Virus record (IMG/VR): IMGVR_UViG_3300024518_002447
Location: 1 to 51,847 of that record
Strand: one strand, 5' to 3'
Source: a virus
Taxonomy: Duplodnaviria; Caudoviricetes
DNA length: 51,847 bases
The notes under the pieces are model-generated. The model was not told where the DNA came from. It did not search any database and saw nothing but the letters and a program-made list of their open reading frames with translations. This document shows, piece by piece, positions 35,887-43,116 of this stretch. Position numbers and translations under genes: made by a program. Each line of letters begins with the position of its first letter. Positions within the stretch are counted from its first letter, which is position 1.

Positions 35887-36221
35887 ATTATCTCTTGCGT
35901 GTCTGCATCCGGCAGAATGACTTGAATCGCCTGAGCAATGAGTTCCATTGCCTCATCGAAACCGATTGCCTTTTCACCATCGACATCCAGTTCTTCCATG
36001 CTGATATTAGAAACCGATGGAATAATCGAAAACAACTCATCGGAATTGTCGCCAAGAATCGCATTCATGATATTGAGTTTTTCTTCTTCTTTCGTTTCTT
36101 CCGATTGCAGGGCATTGATATCCACCCCCTTGAACAGTTTGGTGATTTTCGAGATCAGCCGCGCCTGGGACAAAGCACCTGGACGCTTAAATACTACTGT
36201 TTTCCCATTCTTTAATTCCAT
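35727..36221 (-). CDS. Tail assembly chaperone (gpG-like), 164 aa
   Basis: Start MELKNGK; precedes the tape measure; contains G GGA AAC slippery site. Confidence 0.85.
   Translation of the reverse strand: MELKNGKTVVFKRPGALSQARLISKITKLFKGVDINALQSEETKEEEKLNIMNAILGDNSDELFSIIPSVSNISMEELDVDGEKAIGFDEAMELIAQAIQVILPDADTQEIMGNGPTPPKHLEAGMEQKENLGQIALNSFSCTYSENPTGGAQEISTKSALLTH
35850..35886 (-). promoter_or_regulatory. -1 programmed ribosomal frameshift signal
   Basis: Heptamer GGGAAAC (35886-35880), 7-nt spacer, 9-bp stem CGCCTCCAA-AGCAC-TTGGAGGCG. Confidence 0.88.
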
Positions 36222-36222
36222 A

Positions 36223-36624
36223 TTACACCTTCTCGTATTGGGTAAATAGTTCCATCTGATAAAGCACATAGCCGGGCGATACCTGGATAGTTCGTTCCGG
36301 CTGCTCTGCCCGAATGTTTTTGAAATTGAAATTGGTCATATTGAACCCGCGAATTCTCTGAAACAATTCATAGATCGTTTCCGCATTGGCGTAAGCGTCC
36401 GCCTCATCTGAATACACGTTTATTAAAATCGTTTGTGAGCGAACCGTTTCAACGTTTGGTGTTTCGGCACCAGGAGCCAACAACACAGCAACCTGTAGCG
36501 TTCCGATTCTCGGATTCATGGCATCCGTGAACACGTTGCCGGTCTGATCGTCTACGCTCCACCGTGTCAGGGTAGATACGTTAGAGGCGATGTAATCCGC
36601 GATATCATCATTTGGCCTTGACAA
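36223..36624 (-). CDS. Tail terminator / completion protein
   Basis: DDIADYIAS...NVFTDAM...QTILINVYS...AYANAETIYELF; size and position. Confidence 0.75.
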   Translation of the reverse strand: MSRPNDDIADYIASNVSTLTRWSVDDQTGNVFTDAMNPRIGTLQVAVLLAPGAETPNVETVRSQTILINVYSDEADAYANAETIYELFQRIRGFNMTNFNFKNIRAEQPERTIQVSPGYVLYQMELFTQYEKV

Positions 36625-37204
36625 ATTTCTTCTTCTTTCGTAATTTCACCTTTGCGATAATCTTCGCAATCAGGTTCATGTATTTGTTTCTATTTTCCTT
36701 GAGCGGATCAAAGAAGAACTGAAGCCCATCTTCGCCTATCGTCCGGAGCCCCCGCTTACCGATTGCCCGCCGTATCATGAACACGATCCCAGCAAACGAC
36801 ACCTTCCCCTGCGTTGCCAAATCCGAAGCCTCCACGTTCTTTGGGATGCCCAGTTTCCTTTCTACCCAGCGCTCAATGGGGGCTTTCGGCGGCATCTTTG
36901 CCGGTTTCTTGCGTTGATCATGGAGAACTTCTCCATACACCTCTGAACGGCTCCGGAGGAAGCAATTTACGCCTTGGGATTTCTTATCCTGAAATGCTTC
37001 GGCTTCCGCATCATCGAACAATGTGCCGGTGTAAATATGGCCTTTTCCGTGGCTATGTGAATGACCTGATATAATATCCTTGGCCTCACCTCTCAGGCTT
37101 AAGGCAATCTGATCCAAAGCTACATTAATCGCGCTGGAGAATTGCTTTTCGAACGCCATTGGCTCGACCGTTGATATGACCAGATTACGTTTCGTTAGGG
37201 CCAT
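36608..37204 (-). CDS. HK97 gp10-like neck protein
   Basis: YTGTL...YGEVLH..RKK..KMPPKAPIERWVERK...FMIRRAIGKRG...FFFDP. Confidence 0.8.
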   Translation of the reverse strand: MALTKRNLVISTVEPMAFEKQFSSAINVALDQIALSLRGEAKDIISGHSHSHGKGHIYTGTLFDDAEAEAFQDKKSQGVNCFLRSRSEVYGEVLHDQRKKPAKMPPKAPIERWVERKLGIPKNVEASDLATQGKVSFAGIVFMIRRAIGKRGLRTIGEDGLQFFFDPLKENRNKYMNLIAKIIAKVKLRKKKKFVKAK

Positions 37205-37430
37205 CGGAGGCTATCTCCTCATAGTATTTTTCGTATACAACTGCATCACATGGATACATAGAACCGTCGACATCACACATCAGATAATCACTGGCCTTGC
37301 CTTCAATGTAATTGTCACCATTTTTTACACGAAACGGTTCGTCGATCTGTATCGCCGTAACCATATCAGAACGGCGCGTTGCTTTCTTCCAAATACCAAA
37401 GGCATCTTGTTTACATATGATTGTTTTTAT
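37185..37430 (-). CDS. Conserved small phage protein (A.Q...F.V...GK..DYL...G..YPC....EK.YE family), apparent ATA start
   Basis: (I)KTIICKQDAFGIWKKATRRSDMVTAIQIDEPFRVKNGDNYIEGKASDYLMCDVDGSMYPCDAVVYEKYYEE; not in the ORF track. Confidence 0.7.
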   Translation of the reverse strand: MKTIICKQDAFGIWKKATRRSDMVTAIQIDEPFRVKNGDNYIEGKASDYLMCDVDGSMYPCDAVVYEKYYEEIASDGPNET

Positions 37431-37819
37431 GGTTTGCCGCCTTCCGTATCGTATTTTGATAGGAGCAGTTTTATGATTTGAATATCGTTTTTCATTTGGT
37501 TAATATCAGTACCTTGGTCAACTTCTTTTTTCTCCACATCTCCATCATTCGGCAGTATCCCCAGATCGAGTAAATTGTAAATCAACCCTACTGCATCTTT
37601 TTTTTTTAAGCGCATCAAAGGCTTGGGGTTGATGTGGTGCCTTTCGCGTTCTATAAATGAGATTGATTCCAGGCCAAATATGTGTTCCTTTAAATGGTCC
37701 GTGGATTTAGCCTCAATAAACACATTTAGGTTTGCATCCACAATTATCCGGCAATCCGCGCAACCATTGCAAGATTGATCAAGATCCATTCTTGCTGGCT
37801 CATTCCCCTTATCCATCAT
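37427..37819 (-). CDS. Hypothetical protein
   Basis: 130 aa among the neck genes, ATGA-coupled. Confidence 0.6.
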   Translation of the reverse strand: MMDKGNEPARMDLDQSCNGCADCRIIVDANLNVFIEAKSTDHLKEHIFGLESISFIERERHHINPKPLMRLKKKDAVGLIYNLLDLGILPNDGDVEKKEVDQGTDINQMKNDIQIIKLLLSKYDTEGGKP

Positions 37820-38304
37820 CGTCTTTTCCTTCCCGCCATCGCTCCGCGTATATCACGCCGTGGCGAAGTCCTGATATCATGGTCAATGCCTTGATCGTAG
37901 GCTCTCTCTGCCGCGGATACCGCTTCAACCACAGCAGCCGTAACCGCTTTTTCGAACCGGCAGAATGCTTTTATCTCGGTCATTAAACCTGAGATTTCAT
38001 CAACAATGTAATCAAAGCGCTCCACACGGTAATATCTGCCTGAATACGTGATTCTCGCCTGCTCGGTTATTTCAATTGAATCAAAATTGCTTGTGAGTAT
38101 TTCTCCGAAAGTAAACCCAGGTTGTAACGCAAACAGGAGCGAATCGGTACGGCCACCATCAATAAGATTGAATGATTTAGTTCCGCCGAACCGTGCCTGA
38201 ACGGATAGCGCAACGCCAAGAGTAGCATCCATGTGCCCGCTGCGGCCTGTCGCATTTTCTACGATTACCGTGATAGGGTATGTGAGTTGAGCAATCGCCA
38301 TCAC
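37816..38304 (-). CDS. Head-closure (stopper)-like protein with C-terminal tag
   Basis: ITVIV...SVQARF...ARITYSGRYYRVERF beta pattern after the adaptor; extension ends AERAYDQGIDHDIRTSPRRDIRGAMAGRKRR. Confidence 0.65.
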   Translation of the reverse strand: MMAIAQLTYPITVIVENATGRSGHMDATLGVALSVQARFGGTKSFNLIDGGRTDSLLFALQPGFTFGEILTSNFDSIEITEQARITYSGRYYRVERFDYIVDEISGLMTEIKAFCRFEKAVTAAVVEAVSAAERAYDQGIDHDIRTSPRRDIRGAMAGRKRR

Positions 38305-39002
38305 CGCACCGCCTTGTTATAGATACGGCTGCCTGAACGAATGATATCGATAACACGTTGTGGAATGATTGGCCTGTCCGGATTCCATACGTTCCCCAGT
38401 GATTGGGAATTAACCGACAAGTCGAAGTTTCCACGTGCAAGAACGATGGCGAACTCCATCACCGCATTTCGCTTATACAAGGCAAGCGGATAAAGAAGCG
38501 TGTATTCGCTCGTGGAATCGATTGCGGTTGCCAATGCAGGGGATAGCGTAATTGTTCCGGTAGACACGGAAAAATCCGATATCCATGAAGATTGATAGAT
38601 TCCAGTTCCTGCAGTGATTCGAATCGAGCCATATTGGATATCTGGCTTGGAATAGGTTGCAGCGTCGGCTAAATCAGAAGCAACAAGAGTTGAAATTGAA
38701 CCGGAATCTGCCATGCCGGTAACCACCAGGTTGGTTGATAATGGAAGGCTCATTGCCTGTGGCCTGGGAGTACCGTAATAATAGTAATTCGTGGAATTCC
38801 CAACGCTGTTAGGCGCAAACGGCATATAAGCATCAAGCCGCCTTGATGCTTCGATCAATAATCCACGTTTTACGCTATCGGTTTTTGAATCCCATAGCGT
38901 TTTTTCAGGATGATAGCCAGTCCCGCCAAAATAGGCGTTGGCCTCTTCTTCAGAGATATAGCTATTCTGATCCCAGTGCCCCAAGACAGCGTTAAATTCC
39001 AT
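38301..39002 (-). CDS. Head-tail adaptor with inserted beta domain
   Basis: NSYISEEEANAYF...W...K..LLIEASRRLD...QAMSLP...AVMEFA; insert GMADSGSISTLV...ITAGTG..Q...TITL...STSEY. Confidence 0.75.
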   Translation of the reverse strand: MEFNAVLGHWDQNSYISEEEANAYFGGTGYHPEKTLWDSKTDSVKRGLLIEASRRLDAYMPFAPNSVGNSTNYYYYGTPRPQAMSLPLSTNLVVTGMADSGSISTLVASDLADAATYSKPDIQYGSIRITAGTGIYQSSWISDFSVSTGTITLSPALATAIDSTSEYTLLYPLALYKRNAVMEFAIVLARGNFDLSVNSQSLGNVWNPDRPIIPQRVIDIIRSGSRIYNKAVR

Positions 39003-39026
39003 TTCTGGATTTCTCCCTGGCTACGC

Positions 39027-39896
39027 CTATGCTGTCGTGAAATCAAACACGTAGACCGATCCTAAGCCTACGCCATCGCTTGACTTGATTGCCTCCGTTA
39101 GAATTACCTGGTACTCAGTGGACGCCGTGTAATCATCGGCTGTGTGTGCAATCGTCAATATCAGTTTCGCCGCATTGAACGATAGTCCCGATATGGTGAT
39201 CTGGTCTGTGTACGCTTGGCTTGTTTTCGCAGTAGAGGCAACGATAACCGACTCATTCGCAATGAATGTCCCAGTGGCCATTGCTTTACTGAACGTAATA
39301 TTTGGGGCATCGTCAACAGCAACCCCGGAAGCACCATCCACAGGATCAGTGAGTGTTACGGTAGGTGGAGTTGTATCGACTGCATCTTTGGAGAAGAACT
39401 CTTCCCCCGCCGTCTGGGTTGAATCCTTAGTGGCGATAAACTGAATCGGGTAACCTTCAAAATCCGTGTTCGTCGGATCAATGCTCACCACGCCATTTGG
39501 TACAATATACGCTTTGTGCAGCGTGATCACTTGCCCAGCCCACGGGTGGCCATCAGCATGAAGCGGGAACAATTTCACTTCGTACGTGGTTAGTGCTTGC
39601 CCCTTTTTATCACCGTAGACAAGGGCAGACCCGTTTATCGAGCTTAGCCCGGCCAGATAATGCTTAAAATTTGCGTTCGTAACTTCGGCGAGAACACATG
39701 ACAATGTGATCGTTTGCGAATCGACGCGTGCACCGCGAGGGGAGGAATCCTGCGCGAACTGGTTTGCGCTCGTTTCTAATAAGTGTTCAAAATCCCACGG
39801 TGCAATTACAAGGCCGGAGTCTACGCCATCGACCGTTAGGTACGCGGCATTGTTACCAACATTGGCAGTACTGCCGCTTGAATATGTGTTAGCCAT
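39027..39896 (-). CDS. Major tail tube protein with C-terminal Ig-like (Big_5-type) domain
   Basis: VDGVDSG...ITLSCVLAEVT...ITLHKA...YPIQFIA tube pattern; DTTPPTVTLTDPVDGASGVAVD...ITFSKAM...STEYQV...FDFTT. Confidence 0.75.
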   Translation of the reverse strand: MANTYSSGSTANVGNNAAYLTVDGVDSGLVIAPWDFEHLLETSANQFAQDSSPRGARVDSQTITLSCVLAEVTNANFKHYLAGLSSINGSALVYGDKKGQALTTYEVKLFPLHADGHPWAGQVITLHKAYIVPNGVVSIDPTNTDFEGYPIQFIATKDSTQTAGEEFFSKDAVDTTPPTVTLTDPVDGASGVAVDDAPNITFSKAMATGTFIANESVIVASTAKTSQAYTDQITISGLSFNAAKLILTIAHTADDYTASTEYQVILTEAIKSSDGVGLGSVYVFDFTTA

Positions 39897-40950
39897 TTGC
39901 CGCTACCTCTTTTCTGAAAGATTTTTTGGATTGGCGGCTGTGCTTCCGCTTTTGCGGATTTCCTTTCACCGCCTCGGTATTTATTAGTCCAGAATTGACT
40001 GGAGTCTCGCTTGCGGTTAGTTGTGGCTCCTGCTTGATCTGTTCATGCTGCACTGGTTCCATTGCGAGATCAACTATGAGGGGGTAGTCATTGCGTAGAC
40101 AATCCCAACATTCGCCTGAACGGAAATCCTCGGCATTCCATTGACAATAAGCCATCCAGTTTATCCATTGCTGTCGATCCGGCTTTTTGGGATTCAGCAA
40201 ATCATTGATATCGTGATTTGCTACCTTGTTTACCATACTTTGAGTTGTACCTGCAAACACAGGAACGCCGTGCATAACGGCTTCCACCAGCGCCGTGGAA
40301 TCGTATGAAATCACGGCATGTGCATCCAGCAAGGCATCTACGTATGAATCCTGTTTGGATTGAAGGCATCCTTCCGGGATCTTCGTCCTGCCTTTATCCA
40401 GGGGATGCAGCCTGTAATGGATCGGCATACTGGTTAATGACTGGATTGCCTTGATTGTTTGTTCAAACCAAGGCTGCTTGTCGATTAGGTAGAAAGGCGT
40501 TTGAGCATACTGGTGAGCAATGAGAACGTAATCTCCGCCTTGTCGCCGCCACGGATGCAATTTACTGCATCCATTCTCTTCCATGCTTTTCCAGCGGTCA
40601 CCAGGAACGTTGAAAGGCGGAATATCGCCGAAAGCGTGGAAGCCGTTTTTACCAATCGCCCAGTAGCGTTTCATCCGATCCCCTTTTCTCTGAATGAATC
40701 CGTCAGAGATCATGAATATCGGAATGTCACGCTTCTTGCAGTCGATCAATAAACTGGTTGCGTACCGCTCGACACCAATCGTTACGATAAGATCGGCGCG
40801 CTCAAACTGAGTACTGTCGTAGGCGTTCAAACACCGCCACCCGATCATATCACTATGCTTGGCGACACCTTCGCCGAAGGCAGTCATCAAAGCCCACTGC
40901 CATGATTTCGGCTCATCGTATGCGTAAATTAGAACGTTTTTAGGAGCCAT
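39889..40950 (-). CDS. GT-B glycosyltransferase-like protein (KpsS/KpsC-like C-domain), 353 aa
   Basis: Likely start MAPKNVLIY 7 nt after the capsid stop; VLIAHQ...YRLHP...DAHAVISYDSTALVEAVMHGVPVF...RQQWINWMAYCQW...FRSG. Confidence 0.7.
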   Translation of the reverse strand: MAPKNVLIYAYDEPKSWQWALMTAFGEGVAKHSDMIGWRCLNAYDSTQFERADLIVTIGVERYATSLLIDCKKRDIPIFMISDGFIQRKGDRMKRYWAIGKNGFHAFGDIPPFNVPGDRWKSMEENGCSKLHPWRRQGGDYVLIAHQYAQTPFYLIDKQPWFEQTIKAIQSLTSMPIHYRLHPLDKGRTKIPEGCLQSKQDSYVDALLDAHAVISYDSTALVEAVMHGVPVFAGTTQSMVNKVANHDINDLLNPKKPDRQQWINWMAYCQWNAEDFRSGECWDCLRNDYPLIVDLAMEPVQHEQIKQEPQLTASETPVNSGLINTEAVKGNPQKRKHSRQSKKSFRKEVAANG

Positions 40951-40957
40951 GTTTTTC

Positions 40958-41977
40958 TTATACCGCTGCGCGAGCAAATAACCGAACACCCGATAAATCT
41001 TTGTCAGAGGTAGCAACCTGTGCCCATGCTGCAGCCGTGGCAATAGTGGCATCTGTTGGATTGATTCCCGAACCGGTTGCATACGCCATGCCTTTGACTT
41101 TCACCGTAAATGCAAATTCACCTTGGTAACGGATAACGAGATTATGGAGTCCGGTAACTTCTTGAATTGCAAAATGGCGGGCTTCAGATTCTTCTAGTAC
41201 AAGGGCATTTTCAACTAAGCCGAGGATGTGATACCCAACATAACCAGCTTGCGAAGAACCCACAGATAACTGAGTCAATGCGCTTGAATCAGTCTGAAAT
41301 ACAGGACGATTGATCGATGCGTTAATTCCGTTATTGATGTACGAATCTGCCACATTGGTCAAACCGCCAGATATATTAGCCCCTGCCAAATCAAACCAAG
41401 GCGTGGAGTGCATTGCCCATGCCGCAATTGAACCGGCCCGGTCTCCGAACTTTCCAAGTGTTTTGTTGAGATTTGCGGTTGTCGTTGAATGCGTTGCATT
41501 TACAGTGTGGCCTATAACGTTATACAGATCATTCGTTAAAGCCGTCTGGTCCTTTGCACATCCCACGAGGGCATACAAGCCGGTGTTCAACATGCTCACT
41601 AAGGCCGCTTTTCCTGCCTGTTCACCAAGTGCGGCTGCGAATTCGTCCATCGTCGCGCCCACCTTGTTCAATGAATCAAGCGTGTTTGTTGCGGGCCCGA
41701 TAAGCCTTGCACACTTCGGCCCCACCAATTCGCCCTGAGTCAGTGCCAGATCCGTGGCAGCCGATACGGTCGTAGTGTCACGCCGGGATACCAGCGATGA
41801 AACTGATTTATAGAAAGTCTCTTTTGCGTAATCTCCAATGTGGGCACGAGGAATGATCTTTATCGCACCGCGCGTTAAGTTGGTAATCTGTTCTGCCGCC
41901 TGTGCGACGGTTTCCGTATATCCAGCGTGGAACTGGTCGTGATACATTGTGAAATCAGAAGCTTTTCCAATAGCCAT
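40958..41977 (-). CDS. Major capsid protein
   Basis: 339 aa after the scaffold; GKASDF..Y.DQF..GYTETVAQ...GDY.KE.F...SRRD...RYQGE.AF..KVKG.A......NPTDA.IAT...W.QVATSDKD. Confidence 0.88.
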   Translation of the reverse strand: MAIGKASDFTMYHDQFHAGYTETVAQAAEQITNLTRGAIKIIPRAHIGDYAKETFYKSVSSLVSRRDTTTVSAATDLALTQGELVGPKCARLIGPATNTLDSLNKVGATMDEFAAALGEQAGKAALVSMLNTGLYALVGCAKDQTALTNDLYNVIGHTVNATHSTTTANLNKTLGKFGDRAGSIAAWAMHSTPWFDLAGANISGGLTNVADSYINNGINASINRPVFQTDSSALTQLSVGSSQAGYVGYHILGLVENALVLEESEARHFAIQEVTGLHNLVIRYQGEFAFTVKVKGMAYATGSGINPTDATIATAAAWAQVATSDKDLSGVRLFARAAV

Positions 41978-41991
41978 GATTAACCCCTTTG

Positions 41992-42825
41992 TTACGAAAC
42001 TGGTAATTTTTCATACATTTCGGCACCAAACTCTTTCACGTATGCAATTCTCTCTGCACGTGTTTTGAGGTCACTCATTTTCGTGATTGTCTTGTTTTCG
42101 AACGATATCGCCTCGGAGCGTTTGCCGTCTTCACCGCCTGTATTTCGCGGTGCAGAAACAAAATGCTTGCCTTCTTCAGAGGCAGCCCACACTTTCACAT
42201 GCTCCTCGATTGTCATCAATCCGGACGCACCGTATTCTGATTTTCCATCCGGTGATTTCACTACGACTTTCCGGTTACCTTCGTGCGCAACAACATCGTA
42301 TACCGATCCAAGAAGCGATTTCGCGGCTCTCTTTAATGCAGGATTCTGGACACCGACAGCATCCAATTGCCGATCCAGTTCATTTTCGATGAGAAGATGC
42401 CTTGTGAATCCGCGCTCCTCGTCTAACTCTGTTTTCAACGGAGTTACTTCGGTATCTCGGATTGAGGCTTCCCGCTTAGCGAGAACCCGCTCGACTTCTT
42501 CCTCGACACTGAGCTGGTTGGATGGAGATGCCTTATTTTCCTGCTTGCCGTTCGTTTTTTGTTTTTGTGCTTCCCGTGCTATTTCTGGATCGATGTAGGT
42601 TCGCTGCCCGTTTTCGTCCTCTTCAAGAACGTATTTCGAAAGGCGGGTTTTTGCACTTTCTAGCGCAGTTTTAAGCCCCCGCGTTTCTTCAGCAACGAAT
42701 TCTCCCAGAATAGATTTGCCTTCTGGTGATCCAAGCGCTTCACGAAGATTGATCGTTTGATTCTTTTGTTCTTTTTCCTGGCTATCAGCCGGGGGATTGT
42801 TCCCCGTCGGGGTTTCTTCAGGCAT
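41992..42825 (-). CDS. Head scaffolding protein
   Basis: Charged coiled protein; GLKTALES...MTIEEHV...KHFVSAP.NTGG...MSDLKT..ERIAYVKEFG.E.YEKLP. Confidence 0.82.
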   Translation of the reverse strand: MPEETPTGNNPPADSQEKEQKNQTINLREALGSPEGKSILGEFVAEETRGLKTALESAKTRLSKYVLEEDENGQRTYIDPEIAREAQKQKTNGKQENKASPSNQLSVEEEVERVLAKREASIRDTEVTPLKTELDEERGFTRHLLIENELDRQLDAVGVQNPALKRAAKSLLGSVYDVVAHEGNRKVVVKSPDGKSEYGASGLMTIEEHVKVWAASEEGKHFVSAPRNTGGEDGKRSEAISFENKTITKMSDLKTRAERIAYVKEFGAEMYEKLPVS

Positions 42826-42826
42826 G

Positions 42827-42917
42827 TTGTGACCTCAATAACGGCATTGCCGTGATAATGAATAGGCGCACTTTGTGCGTTGATTCTTTAACCGTTATCG
42901 GTATTTTGAGGTTACAA
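42827..42917 (-). promoter_or_regulatory. Multibranch leader structure covering the scaffold ribosome-binding site
   Basis: Closing stem TTGTAACCTCAA/TTGAGGTCACAA contains the SD GAGGT and encloses three small hairpins. Confidence 0.55.
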
Positions 42918-42963
42918 ATTCAATAGGTTGGATAAACTACTTATTTTATTGCGGTTATGTTTG

Positions 42964-43116
42964 CTATTTCTTTTCTTTATTCTCGCTCTCCTTGTGTTTT
43001 ATCATTTCGTCGTACTCCGCCTGTAGTTTATCAGACTCTTCCTGTGTTGGTTCGTATAGAGTAACCAACTCGTCATTGTCTTTAGTGATGAACTTGTCGG
43101 CTTTTATATCATTCAT
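42964..43116 (-). CDS. 50-aa acidic protein, candidate immunity protein for MuF-ART
   Basis: MNDIKADKFITKDNDELVTLYEPTQEESDKLQAEYDEMIKHKESENKEKK; ATG overlaps the ART TGA. Confidence 0.55.
   Translation of the reverse strand: MNDIKADKFITKDNDELVTLYEPTQEESDKLQAEYDEMIKHKESENKEKK

Noticed and set aside
40951-41082. N-terminal 44 codons of track ORF 39889-41082
   Set aside because: They overlap the capsid gene end; the ATG at 40950 right after the capsid stop is the more plausible start.
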